Positions 1-10,016 of a stretch of 64,000 nt of DNA are shown here, piece after piece (positions within the stretch are counted from its first letter, which is position 1; every line of letters starts with the position of its first letter). Origin of the DNA: an uncultured Pelagibacteraceae bacterium (GTDB lineage: Bacteria > Pseudomonadota > Alphaproteobacteria > Pelagibacterales > Pelagibacteraceae); contig CACGSX010000001.1 of NCBI GenBank assembly GCA_902575835.1, forward strand, positions 146,065 through 210,064, read 5' to 3'. Both the position numbers and the translations under genes were made by a program. The notes beneath the pieces were generated by a model. That model searched no databases. It saw nothing but the letters and a program-made list of their open reading frames with translations, and was not told the DNA's origin.

Positions 1-361
1 AAAGGTAAATTCCTTGCCAAGTTCCTAACAAAAGTTGTTTGTTTTTTATACTGAGGGATATTTGATTGTTAGTTAAAGCTGACTTTATATGAGCTGGCAT
101 ATCGTCCTTACCTTCTATTGTATGAATATATAATTTATTATCCATTGGAGCAATTTTATCAAAATAATTAATTAAATCTGATTGAACATCAGGATCAGCA
201 TTTTCTTGAACTATTAAAGATGCACTAGTGTGCTGAATGCTTAAATTTAAAATACCATTATTAAAATTATTTTTATTTATCCAGTCTATCGTTTGATTGG
301 TAAATTCATATAATTTTTGACCATTTGTTTTAAGTTCAAGATTAAAAAATTCTTGTCTCAT
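1..361 (-). CDS. yjbQ: YjbQ/UPF0047 family (secondary thiamine-phosphate synthase), runs off the window start
   Basis: Not in the ORF track. My translation from ATG at 361 gives MRQEFFNLELKTNGQKLYEFT...QHTSASLIVQENADPDV...EGKDDMPAHIKSAL...LGTWQGIYL, with the HTSA/ENADP/AHIKS/GTWQ family motifs. ATGA overlap with the zapE stop. Confidence 0.88.
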   Translation of the reverse strand, partial: MRQEFFNLELKTNGQKLYEFTNQTIDWINKNNFNNGILNLSIQHTSASLIVQENADPDVQSDLINYFDKIAPMDNKLYIHTIEGKDDMPAHIKSALTNNQISLSIKNKQLLLGTWQGIYL

Positions 362-1413
362 AAATGCTTTTTAGATGTTAATTCATATAATCTGCTAATG
401 GTTCGTTTAAATGGTTTTTCCAATAATCTTGATGATGTGAGTTTGTCAATATTTTGTTCTGCACTAATAGCCATAGGTATATTTTGATCATACACGATAT
501 CTAAAAAAGTAATAAATCTTTGTTGTTGATTTGAATTTAAATCATTAAATGCTGGTACATTTTCCATAACTATAAAAAAACAATTTTTTACTATTTTAAT
601 ATAATCTTCTGATCCTAAATTTTTATCACATACTTCTTTAAAAGTTAATCGAACAATACCATCATAAAAATTTTTTAAAATAAATTTTCTTCCTTTAATG
701 TTTAAAATCTTTTCTTTTAAAGCCTTATCTTTAGTCATCACTCTAAATAATTTGTTTATTTTAAAATTGTTTTCTTGATTTAAAGGTGAGTAATATCTTT
801 GAGTTTTATTACCTTTGGACTTTCTATAATCATCATCTATATTTAATTGATATTCAAATGATTGTTTTTGCATTATTTTTATAAAAGGTTTGAATTGATC
901 TCTTTGCAACCCATCTTTGTACAAATTTTCTATTTTTATATTAGAAGTTACAATAATTTTTAAATCTTCTTTAAATATTTCGTCAAATAATTTTCCAAGT
1001 ATCATTGCATCTACTATATTTGTAACTTGAAACTCGTCAAAATATATTAATTTTGCTTTCGATTTTAATTTTTTAACAAATTTACTTAATTTATTTTCAT
1101 CATTTTTATCTTTGGATTGATGTACAAAGTCGTGAAAGCTAAGCATAAACTCATTGAAGTGAAGTTTTAATTTTTTACCATCAACTATGTTGAAAAAAAA
1201 ATCTAATATCATGGTTTTGCCGACACCAACATCTCCATAAAGATAAAAGCCTTTTTTATAATTTTTTTTTGATAAAATTTTTGAGATAAATGATTTGTAG
1301 TTTAATTTATAATATTCTTCTAATTTTTTTATGAGTTTTATCTGGTGAGAATTAACATCTAAATTTTTTTTTTTGCAGTAAAGTTTAAACTCTTTAACAA
1401 AACTTTTTTGCAT
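358..1413 (-). CDS. zapE: Cell division ATPase ZapE (AFG1 family)
   Basis: Walker A YLYGDVGVGKT, HFNEFM, FDEFQVTNIVDAMIL, LYKDGLQRDQF, FKRTISRLYE. Confidence 0.92.
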   Translation of the reverse strand: MQKSFVKEFKLYCKKKNLDVNSHQIKLIKKLEEYYKLNYKSFISKILSKKNYKKGFYLYGDVGVGKTMILDFFFNIVDGKKLKLHFNEFMLSFHDFVHQSKDKNDENKLSKFVKKLKSKAKLIYFDEFQVTNIVDAMILGKLFDEIFKEDLKIIVTSNIKIENLYKDGLQRDQFKPFIKIMQKQSFEYQLNIDDDYRKSKGNKTQRYYSPLNQENNFKINKLFRVMTKDKALKEKILNIKGRKFILKNFYDGIVRLTFKEVCDKNLGSEDYIKIVKNCFFIVMENVPAFNDLNSNQQQRFITFLDIVYDQNIPMAISAEQNIDKLTSSRLLEKPFKRTISRLYELTSKKHL

Positions 1414-1844
1414 TAATTCTTTTTTGAATTAAAATCGATACCATATTCTGATCTTGGTCCTTTTCTTAATCCAAAAGGTCCAGAGATAAAGATTGTCATT
1501 GGCCTTGTTCCTGGCTCAAGGTCTACTCTATGATATGCATTGGCTGATCTAAATCCAATATATCCAGGTTTTCTCCAGAACTTGCCTTTTTTTGTAGTTT
1601 CCCAATAACCGCCTCTCAAAATTATTGTAATATAAGGGAATAGATGATTATGAACTCCATCCCCATGATCATCATCCAACATTTCATGAATTAATATATT
1701 AAATGGAAACCATTTTGGTCTATTCCTAAATAATAAATAATATCTATTCATCCATGGTTTAGCTTCATTAAATTTTGGGTGAGACGGCCCCCTATCTAAA
1801 ACTACCTTTTTTCTTCCGATTTTTTCTAAAAATTTTAATAACAT
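1413..1844 (-). CDS. Hypothetical cupin-like protein resembling a family common in marine phages
   Basis: HNHxxPYITIILRGGYWE...PG...SANAYHRVDL two-motif cupin pattern; 1-nt overlaps with both neighbours. Confidence 0.6.
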   Translation of the reverse strand: MLLKFLEKIGRKKVVLDRGPSHPKFNEAKPWMNRYYLLFRNRPKWFPFNILIHEMLDDDHGDGVHNHLFPYITIILRGGYWETTKKGKFWRKPGYIGFRSANAYHRVDLEPGTRPMTIFISGPFGLRKGPRSEYGIDFNSKKN

Positions 1845-3112
1845 TAATTTGATCTTATAATTCCATTATTTTTAATTAAAAAAATATTAGCATTATTAAT
1901 AAATGGCCTCGATATTTTTTCATTATTAAATTTAATTACTTTCTCTGTTTGTGAATTAGTTAAATTAATAATCAAAATTCGTCCATTATCGGTAGACAAA
2001 TAAATTTTATTTTTAGCAATAACAAAGCCTACTGGTATAATTTTTTCTCTTTTTTTAATTGTTGAAAAAACATCAGTGATCCTGATTATATTTCCAGTCT
2101 CAGTATCAATTACAAATAAATATCCTTCCTCAGAAATATTAAAAATATAATTTTCAGAAATCGTAGGCTTTAAACTGGAATTTAAAGTTTGTTTCCATTT
2201 TACTATACCAGTTCTTGTGTCAATTGAGAATAACTCATTTTTGTTATTTGAAAAATATATTGTTTCATTATTTAAAATCATTTCTGAATTTTTTAGACTA
2301 AATGCATTTAAGATAATTTCGTTACTTTGAGTAGGTGTTTGCCAAACTAAACTACCATCATTAATTTTTAATGCTGTAAGATCACCCAAATTATTGAGTG
2401 AATAAACAATTTCGTCTTTAATAATTACAGATAACTTTTTTTGTGATTTAATGAATGTGTTTTCTGTTTTAAAATTCCATAATTCATTCCCATCTACTAT
2501 TGAGAAACATCTAATTACATTATCAAAATCAATAGTAACAAATTTATCATTTTTTATAGCAATATTTGAATTAAATGGAGATAAACTGTCCTTCTTCCAG
2601 TTTAGTTCCCCATTATCTAAATTTAATGAAAAAATATTCGAAAGAGTATCAGCAGCAATAATTTTGTTATCTATATAATTAAAATATAATATTGGATTAA
2701 GTTTTCTCTCTTTCTTTGAGTAATGATTTACTTTCCACAAAGTTTCAAAATTTTCATTAATTCTGAATATCGTTCCTTTATTATCGAAATAAATAAGATC
2801 ATTATTTTCGATAAGTAAAATTTCTGTATCGATTGAATTAAACTGTTTAATCTTTGAAAATTTAAACGTTTTCTTTTTTTCAAATATTGGCTCAAAGTTT
2901 ATATTTCCATTATTATTTGTATTGTTATTTATAAAACTATTATCTTTAACAAATTTAGATAAATTTATTTGTATATTTGGATTTAATTGTTGTTGAATTG
3001 GTTTAATTTCTTCAAATAAAATTTTAGAATTAGTATTTTCTACAGATTTATCACTTTGACCACAACTTGATAATAAAAGTAAAAAGACGAAATATAATAC
3101 TATCCTACTCAC
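1844..3112 (-). CDS. bamB: PQQ-like beta-propeller lipoprotein, BamB family
   Basis: Lipobox LSSC, repeated G..xW propeller blades (GELNWK, GNELWN, GSLVWQ, GIVKWK), directly downstream of a YfgM-like gene. Confidence 0.75.
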   Translation of the reverse strand: MSRIVLYFVFLLLLSSCGQSDKSVENTNSKILFEEIKPIQQQLNPNIQINLSKFVKDNSFINNNTNNNGNINFEPIFEKKKTFKFSKIKQFNSIDTEILLIENNDLIYFDNKGTIFRINENFETLWKVNHYSKKERKLNPILYFNYIDNKIIAADTLSNIFSLNLDNGELNWKKDSLSPFNSNIAIKNDKFVTIDFDNVIRCFSIVDGNELWNFKTENTFIKSQKKLSVIIKDEIVYSLNNLGDLTALKINDGSLVWQTPTQSNEIILNAFSLKNSEMILNNETIYFSNNKNELFSIDTRTGIVKWKQTLNSSLKPTISENYIFNISEEGYLFVIDTETGNIIRITDVFSTIKKREKIIPVGFVIAKNKIYLSTDNGRILIINLTNSQTEKVIKFNNEKISRPFINNANIFLIKNNGIIRSN

Positions 3113-3749
3113 TGAAACTAGATCTTAGCCTTTTTTGAGCTTTGGTTTTTATTTTAGAGTTATTATTTTCAAGACTAACTATTTGCTCAAAAAATTCTTT
3201 TGATTTTTGCATTTGATTTTTTGATAAATAATATTCTGCCATAATATAAAGACTATGTGGTTTCCATATACTATCCGCTTTAATTAAAGGATTAAAAATA
3301 GCTAGCAATTCATTTTCATTTGAAAAATCTGAATTATATAGGCCTTTTTTAAAGATTGTTAGCTCTTTAAACTTTTTATCCAAGCCAATATCATTAATTA
3401 AAATATCAAAGTAATTGTTAATTTCATCTTTTGAATTTATCAAATCGTTATCTAGCAAAAAATAAAAAGCTAGAGGAGAATATGTTTTGTCTTTAGCATT
3501 AATCACCTCTTTAAGATCTGGGATCACATTGTATTTATTATCAGCTTCATATCTTATTACAGCTAAGTCGTATTTATCAGCTAATTTTTCTCTTTTGCTA
3601 GATTGATATTCTTCAAAAGAAAAGTAGCCAATTAAAGCCAAAATAATTATTACTAATATCGAAATTAAAGAATTTTTATTATTTATAAAAAAGTTTTTAA
3701 TTTTTTCATTACGTGTTTGGGTATTTATTATTTCAATATCTTCATCCAT
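3105..3749 (-). CDS. YfgM-like single-TM/TPR ancillary membrane protein
   Basis: Acidic N-terminus, one TM segment (LISILVIIILALIGYF), helical TPR-like C-terminus; conserved position upstream of bamB. Confidence 0.7.
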   Translation of the reverse strand: MDEDIEIINTQTRNEKIKNFFINNKNSLISILVIIILALIGYFSFEEYQSSKREKLADKYDLAVIRYEADNKYNVIPDLKEVINAKDKTYSPLAFYFLLDNDLINSKDEINNYFDILINDIGLDKKFKELTIFKKGLYNSDFSNENELLAIFNPLIKADSIWKPHSLYIMAEYYLSKNQMQKSKEFFEQIVSLENNNSKIKTKAQKRLRSSFSE

Positions 3750-6418
3750 TAAATCATGTTCCTAAGTACATATTGTAAAATTCCGCCATTTTTGTAATAC
3801 TCTAATTCGTTCTTAGTATCTATTCTACTTAACATTTTAATTCTCTTGATGTCACCAGAGACATATTTGATTTCAACATCAACTTCATCTCTAGGATCTA
3901 TACCTTTTTCTAAGTCAATAATAGAAAATAGTTCTGAGCCATCTAATTTTAGATTAGTTCTATTTATTCCATCTTTAAACTGTAATGGTAGTATACCCAT
4001 TCCTATAAGATTTGATCTATGAATTCTCTCAAAACTTTCTGCAAAAACAGCTTTTATACCTAAAAGTTTAGTTCCTTTGGCCGCCCAATCTCTTGAGGAA
4101 CCAGTTCCATACTCTTTACCACCAATTACAACTAAATCAGTACCTCTTTTTTTATATTCAACAACCGCATCATAAACTGGCATTACTTTTTCCTCAGGGT
4201 ACAACTTTGTAAAACCTCCCTCAGTACCAGGTGCCATTTCATTTCTAATTCTTATATTAGCAAAAGTCCCTCTCATCATAACCTCATGATTACCTCTTCT
4301 TGCTCCATAGGAATTATAGTCTTTAGGAAGTATTTGATGTTTCATAAAATATTCTCCAGTCGGACTATCTTTTTGAATTGATCCAGCAGGTGAAATATGA
4401 TCAGTGGTAATACTATCACCTAATATTAATAGTGGTCTTGCATCCTTAATTTCTTTAAATCCTTCAGGTTTATCAGGAAGATTATCAAAAAATGGAGGTT
4501 TTTTTACATATGTTGAATTATCTTCCCAATTATAAATATTGGTTTCTTCTGTTTTAATTTTTTGCCATTGTTCTGGTCCTTGAGAAACATTTGAGTATCT
4601 TTTTATAAACATTTCTGCATTTAACGAATTTCTCAATGTTTCTTCTATTTCTTTGTTAGATGGCCATATATCTTTTAAAAAAACATCTTTACCATCTTTA
4701 TCTTTACCCAACGGATCCTTATACAAATCAAATCTCATAGTTCCTGCTATTGCATAAGCAACAACTAATGGCGGAGACGCTAAATAGTTTGCTTTTATTA
4801 GAGGTGAAATTCTTCCTTCAAAGTTTCTGTTTCCAGATAAAACTGAAACAGCATAAATATTATTATTTTTTATGGAGTCTGATATGTTATCAGCTAATGG
4901 ACCTGAATTACCAATACAAGTAGTGCATCCATAACCAACTAAATTAAATCCTAACTTATCTAAATAAATATTAAGCCCAGCTTTTTCTAGATAATCTGTA
5001 ACTACTTGAGATCCAGGTGCTAAAGATGTTTTCACCCATGGCTTAGTCATTAAACCTTTTGCAATTGCATTTTTTGCAAGTAAACCTGCTCCAATTAGCA
5101 CACTTGGATTAGAAGTATTAGTGCAAGAAGTGATTGCAGCAATTAAAACATCTCCATCCGTTATTTTAAATTCTTCTTTTTCAACATTGTAAATATTTGG
5201 TTCTTCTTTTTTAGTAACTTCTGAAAACACTTTTTTAAAATTTGATGATGCATTAGTTAGCAAAACTTTATCCTGGGGACGTTTTGGTCCTGAAATAGTC
5301 GGCACTATAGTTGACATATCTAAAGATAGAGTGTCTGTAAATTCTACATCTAAACTTGCCCAAAGTCCTTGTTCTTGGGCATACTGTTTTACAATTTCAA
5401 CATTTTGATCATCTCTTCCTGAGAATTTTAAATATTTTAAAGTTTCATCATCAATTGGGAAAAAACCACAAGTTGCACCATACTCAGGTGCCATATTTGC
5501 TATAGTAGCTCTATCTGCTAAAGTCAGATTTTTTAGTCCTTCACCATAGAATTCAACAAACTTTCCAACAACTCCTTTGTCTCTCAACATTTTAACTACA
5601 GTTAAAACAAGATCAGTTGCAGTTGTACCTTCTGGCATTTTTGATTTCATTTCAAACCCAATAACTTCAGGTATTAACATCGAAATAGGTTGACCTAACA
5701 TTCCAGCTTCAGCTTCAATTCCACCTACGCCCCAGCCCAAAACCGATAGACCGTTTACCATAGTTGTATGACTATCTGTTCCAACTAAAGTATCTGGAAA
5801 TAGGTATTCTTCATCTTTATATTTTTCATTCCAAACAACTTTTGAAAGGTATTCCAGATTGACTTGATGACATATTCCAGTTCCCGGTGGAACTATTCTA
5901 AAATTATTGAATGCTTGTTGCCCCCATTTAAGAAAAGAATATCTTTCAGCATTCCTGTTAAATTCAATATCAACATTTTCTTTTAATGAATTTTTATTTG
6001 CAAATTTATCTACTTGTACAGAGTGATCAATTACCAAATCAACTGATGATAATGGATTGATAGTGCTTGGATCTTTATTTTTTTCTTTTACAGCCTCTCT
6101 CATTGCAGCTAAATCTGCAACTGCAGGAATTCCTGTGTAATCTTGAAGTAAAACTCTTGCAGGCCTATATGCAATTTCTGTATTAGAACTTTTAGATTTT
6201 AACCAATCTTTAATAGCTTCAATTTGATTTTTATTAACCGTTATATCGTCTTCAAATCTTAACAAATTCTCAAGTAAGACCTTCAATGATTTTGGAAGCT
6301 TTGATATACCTGCTAAACCATTTTTCTCAGCTTCTTTCAGTGAGTAAAAATTATAACTTTTGCCGTTAACTGAAATTTTAGTTAACGAATTGAACGAGTT
6401 TTTGTCTCCTGGTTTCAT
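3749..6418 (-). CDS. acnA: Aconitate hydratase AcnA
   Basis: LLQDYTGIPAVADLAAMR, DLVIDHSVQVD, GTDSHT, AITSCTNTSNP, GYGCTTCIGNSG, GSSRDWAAKG. Start moved to ATG 6418 (MKPGDK) to avoid a 61-nt overlap with the LysE gene. Confidence 0.97.
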   Translation of the reverse strand: MKPGDKNSFNSLTKISVNGKSYNFYSLKEAEKNGLAGISKLPKSLKVLLENLLRFEDDITVNKNQIEAIKDWLKSKSSNTEIAYRPARVLLQDYTGIPAVADLAAMREAVKEKNKDPSTINPLSSVDLVIDHSVQVDKFANKNSLKENVDIEFNRNAERYSFLKWGQQAFNNFRIVPPGTGICHQVNLEYLSKVVWNEKYKDEEYLFPDTLVGTDSHTTMVNGLSVLGWGVGGIEAEAGMLGQPISMLIPEVIGFEMKSKMPEGTTATDLVLTVVKMLRDKGVVGKFVEFYGEGLKNLTLADRATIANMAPEYGATCGFFPIDDETLKYLKFSGRDDQNVEIVKQYAQEQGLWASLDVEFTDTLSLDMSTIVPTISGPKRPQDKVLLTNASSNFKKVFSEVTKKEEPNIYNVEKEEFKITDGDVLIAAITSCTNTSNPSVLIGAGLLAKNAIAKGLMTKPWVKTSLAPGSQVVTDYLEKAGLNIYLDKLGFNLVGYGCTTCIGNSGPLADNISDSIKNNNIYAVSVLSGNRNFEGRISPLIKANYLASPPLVVAYAIAGTMRFDLYKDPLGKDKDGKDVFLKDIWPSNKEIEETLRNSLNAEMFIKRYSNVSQGPEQWQKIKTEETNIYNWEDNSTYVKKPPFFDNLPDKPEGFKEIKDARPLLILGDSITTDHISPAGSIQKDSPTGEYFMKHQILPKDYNSYGARRGNHEVMMRGTFANIRIRNEMAPGTEGGFTKLYPEEKVMPVYDAVVEYKKRGTDLVVIGGKEYGTGSSRDWAAKGTKLLGIKAVFAESFERIHRSNLIGMGILPLQFKDGINRTNLKLDGSELFSIIDLEKGIDPRDEVDVEIKYVSGDIKRIKMLSRIDTKNELEYYKNGGILQYVLRNMI

Positions 6419-6420
6419 AT

Positions 6421-7011
6421 TTAATAATAAAATGTAGCTATACAGCCTAATAAAAGCGCTGACATAACATAATTGAACCATTTAATAAATTTCTCATTTG
6501 TCGCGAATTTTCTCATAAATTTACCAATTAAAGTCCAGAATAAGATACTAAATATAGCAAAGAAAAAGGCAGAAGTTAGGAGCCAAAAAGAATAATTAAA
6601 AAAGTTATCTCCAGATTCGATATAAGTTGATACTGCAATAATAGCAACGATTACTCCTTTAGGATTTAAGAATTGAAAAAGAAATGTTTCTATAAATTTA
6701 ACAGGCTCTAATTTTTCTTTTTGATTTGATGATTTAGAAAATGAAATTCTGTAAGCCAAATAAACTAAAAATGCGGACCCTGTAAAAACTAAAATCTTTT
6801 GAATTATTGGATATAATTTAAAAACATTAATTAGCCCAAAATTGACTAAAGATAACATTGAGGTAAAACCAAATATAACGCCTAACATTAGAGGTATCGT
6901 TTTTTTTACTCCGTGATTAAAACCTGAATGAGATGCTACAATATTATTTGGGCCAGGCGAGCAACTGGTAACAAAAAAAAATAAACTTAATGATAATAGT
7001 TCTGGATGCAT
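6421..7011 (-). CDS. LysE/RhtB family amino-acid exporter (EamB-like)
   Basis: SPGPNN motif, FQFLNPKG motif, about 6 TM segments. Confidence 0.85.
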   Translation of the reverse strand: MHPELLSLSLFFFVTSCSPGPNNIVASHSGFNHGVKKTIPLMLGVIFGFTSMLSLVNFGLINVFKLYPIIQKILVFTGSAFLVYLAYRISFSKSSNQKEKLEPVKFIETFLFQFLNPKGVIVAIIAVSTYIESGDNFFNYSFWLLTSAFFFAIFSILFWTLIGKFMRKFATNEKFIKWFNYVMSALLLGCIATFYY

Positions 7012-7353
7012 TTAAGCAATTGGTAATCCATTCTCTGCTTCTTGAGATGGATGAACTAAAGTTACTCTACCTTCTGCATCTATAGCTCCGAGAATTAATA
7101 CTTGTGATACAACTCCTGCAATATTTTTTTCTGCAAAATTACAAACACCAATTACTTGTTTTCCTTTAAGATTCTCTTCATTATAATAATGAGTAATTTG
7201 AGCTGAAGATTGTTTTATCCCTATCTTTTCTCCAAAATCAACTTCTACAACTAATGAAGGTTTTCTTGCTTTTTCATTTTTTCTTACAGAAATAATTGTT
7301 CCCAATCTAATATCGACTTTATCAAAGTCTTCATACGTAATTTGTTCTTTCAT
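7012..7353 (-). CDS. csaA: CsaA / tRNA-binding OB-fold protein
   Basis: ITYEDFDKVDIRLGTI, KQSSAQIT, SQVLILG; start set to MKEQ at 7353. Confidence 0.85.
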   Translation of the reverse strand: MKEQITYEDFDKVDIRLGTIISVRKNEKARKPSLVVEVDFGEKIGIKQSSAQITHYYNEENLKGKQVIGVCNFAEKNIAGVVSQVLILGAIDAEGRVTLVHPSQEAENGLPIA

Positions 7354-7378
7354 AAATTTAATATATAATGATTTGTAA

Positions 7379-8566
7379 ATGAGTACAGAAAATAATCCTG
7401 ACAAAATTTATAAAGATTCGATACGAATATTGACAGATTTGATTGCTTTCAAAACTATTTCTGGAAACGATAATAATAGTCTCATTAATTACTGTGATGA
7501 TATTTTAAAAAATTTAGGAGCAACTTCATTTAGAATTTTTGATGGAGATAAAAAAAGAGTTAATCTTTTTGCTTCTCTAAAATCTAAAAATGGAAATGGT
7601 AAAAAACCTATTATTCTTTCAGGTCATACAGATGTAGTCCCAGTTTCAAAAGGCTGGTCTACTGATCCATTTGTTGCAACTATAAAAAATGAGAAATTAT
7701 TTGGGAGAGGCTCTTGTGATATGAAAGGTTTTATTGCATGTGCTCTAGCATATGCTCCTGTATTTAAAGAAAATAATTTAGATAGAGACATTCACTTTTC
7801 ATTTACATTCGATGAAGAAACCGCATGCATCGGCGCACCATTATTAATAAAAGAATTAAAAAAAAGAGATATTAAAGATGGAATTTGTATTATTGGTGAA
7901 CCAACCAATATGAAAATCATTGATGCCCATAAAGGTATGAATGAATATACAGTTCACTTTGGAGGTTTAGCTGGTCATAGTTCTAAACCTGGCCAAGGTG
8001 TTAATGCGGTTGAATATGCATCGAGGTATGTAAACAAATTACTAGAAATTAGATCAAAACTAAAAGATAGAGCTCCTAAAGATTGTATATTTAATCCACC
8101 ATATTCTACATTATCAGTTGGTGGAATTTCAGGTGGTATAGCTCATAATGTTATCGCTGATAAATGTAAAGTTGAATGGGAAACTAGACCAGTGGTCAGA
8201 GAAGATGGAGATTTTGTAAATCAAATAATAGACGATTATGTTGATAAAGAATTATTGCCAGAAATGAAAAAAGTTTTTTCAGATGCTTATATTAAAAAAG
8301 AAATTATAGGTGAAGTAGTTGGATTTAATAGAATGAATGATTCCGAGGCTTGTGAATTTGTTTCTAGTATAACTGGTGACAATTCAAGAGAAGCTGTTTC
8401 ATTTGGAACAGAAGCTGGACTCTTTCAAGAAGTTGGTATTAGCACTGTAGTTTGTGGACCAGGTTCGATTGAACAGGCTCATAAAATTGATGAATATATA
8501 GAACTTAGTGAATTAAAGAAATGTCTAGACTTTTTAAAAGGTGTAAAAGATAAATCTATAAATTAA
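7379..8566 (+). CDS. argE: Acetylornithine deacetylase, M20 family
   Basis: LSGHTDVVP, GRGSCDMKGF, DEE, IIGEPT, FGTEAG, GPGSIEQAH. Confidence 0.85.
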   Translation: MSTENNPDKIYKDSIRILTDLIAFKTISGNDNNSLINYCDDILKNLGATSFRIFDGDKKRVNLFASLKSKNGNGKKPIILSGHTDVVPVSKGWSTDPFVATIKNEKLFGRGSCDMKGFIACALAYAPVFKENNLDRDIHFSFTFDEETACIGAPLLIKELKKRDIKDGICIIGEPTNMKIIDAHKGMNEYTVHFGGLAGHSSKPGQGVNAVEYASRYVNKLLEIRSKLKDRAPKDCIFNPPYSTLSVGGISGGIAHNVIADKCKVEWETRPVVREDGDFVNQIIDDYVDKELLPEMKKVFSDAYIKKEIIGEVVGFNRMNDSEACEFVSSITGDNSREAVSFGTEAGLFQEVGISTVVCGPGSIEQAHKIDEYIELSELKKCLDFLKGVKDKSIN

Positions 8567-9996
8567 TTCCAACCACCTACAGATTTAACTTCTAGAAATT
8601 CAAGCAATCCTTCTTTACCTGCTTCCCTTCCAATTCCAGAATGTTTGAAACCTCCAAAAGGTGCATCAACTGCAATACCAGCGCCATTTACATCAACCAT
8701 TCCAGATCTAAGTTTTCTGGCAACTCTTTGTACCTTTTCCTTATCTTGAGTTTGAATATAGTTTGTTAATCCATAATCAGTATCATTTGCAATTTTAATT
8801 GCCTCTTCTTCGGTTTCAAATGGAATAACAGATAAAACAGGACCAAATATTTCTGTTCTTGCAATTTCCATTTCATTTTTTACATCTGCAAAAACTGTCG
8901 GTTTTACATAATAACCATCATTTAATCCGTTTGGTTTTCCAACTCCACCTGCAACTAATTTTGCTCCTTCATCTATTCCTTTTTGAATTAAACCTTGAAT
9001 TTTATTGAATTGAGTTTCAGAAATCACAGGACCAATATGCTCTCCACTTTTATTTGGATCATCTACTTTAAATTCATTTGCGTATTTTCTCAGTCTTTCT
9101 ATCGCTTCATTATATATTGATTTTTCAACAAGCATTCTTGTAGGGGCATTACATGATTGTCCTGAATTTCTAAAACATCTAAATGCACCTCTTTCAATTG
9201 CTTCAGCATCAGCATCTTCAAATATAATATTTGCACCTTTTCCTCCTAGCTCCAAACTTACTCTTTTAAAGTCCTTTGCAGCATTTTGAGAAATTAAAGC
9301 CCCTGCTCTTGTAGAACCGGTGAATGAAATCATATTTACATCTGGATGACTTGTTAATGCATCTCCAGTTATTTCCCCATCTCCATTTACTAAATTAAAA
9401 ACACCTTTCGGAAATTTTGCTTCATCTATTAACTCAGCTATGATCATTGCCGATAAAGGTGCTAGTTCTGAAGGTTTTAAAATCATAGTACAACCAGAGG
9501 CCAATGCAGGAATGACTTTTAGAGTAACTTGATTTATTGGCCAGTTCCACGGTGTTATTAATGCACACACACCTTTAGGCTCGTATATTATTCTTTGATT
9601 TTTTGCATGATCTCCCAAAGGTTTTTCGAATTCAAATTCTTTTAGATAGCGAATAAATGATTTTGTATGACTTGCACCAGTTCCTGTTTGTAGTTTTGAC
9701 GCAAAGTCTTTTGGCGCTCCCATCTCTTGAATAATTGCATCTGTAATATCATTCCATCTTTTTTTATATAATGAATAAAAAACTTCTAATAATGACAATC
9801 TTTCTTCTTTAGAGGTAAATCCCCAAGTTTTAAAAGCTTCTTTAGCTGCTAAAACTGCATCATTGATATCCTCCTTACTGCCTAAAGAAATTACTGCACA
9901 ATTTTTTTCTGTTGCTGGATTTATGACCTTAATATCTTTTGGGTTTTTTGGGGGAACCCATGAACCATTAATATAAAAATTTCTCTTTTCAATCAT
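8563..9996 (-). CDS. Aldehyde dehydrogenase (NAD+)
   Basis: ITPWNWP, LKPSE, FTGST, LELGGK, catalytic NSGQSC, EIFGPV. Confidence 0.92.
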   Translation of the reverse strand: MIEKRNFYINGSWVPPKNPKDIKVINPATEKNCAVISLGSKEDINDAVLAAKEAFKTWGFTSKEERLSLLEVFYSLYKKRWNDITDAIIQEMGAPKDFASKLQTGTGASHTKSFIRYLKEFEFEKPLGDHAKNQRIIYEPKGVCALITPWNWPINQVTLKVIPALASGCTMILKPSELAPLSAMIIAELIDEAKFPKGVFNLVNGDGEITGDALTSHPDVNMISFTGSTRAGALISQNAAKDFKRVSLELGGKGANIIFEDADAEAIERGAFRCFRNSGQSCNAPTRMLVEKSIYNEAIERLRKYANEFKVDDPNKSGEHIGPVISETQFNKIQGLIQKGIDEGAKLVAGGVGKPNGLNDGYYVKPTVFADVKNEMEIARTEIFGPVLSVIPFETEEEAIKIANDTDYGLTNYIQTQDKEKVQRVARKLRSGMVDVNGAGIAVDAPFGGFKHSGIGREAGKEGLLEFLEVKSVGGWN

Positions 9997-10016
9997 GCGC
10001 GCAAATTATCCTTTCT

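Noticed and set aside
6419-6481. N-terminal extensions given by the ORF track for acnA (also csaA 7404, thiolase 26700, eutA 34317, HMT 36207)
   Set aside because: The extensions overlap neighbouring genes or promoters and lack family similarity; downstream ATGs fit better.
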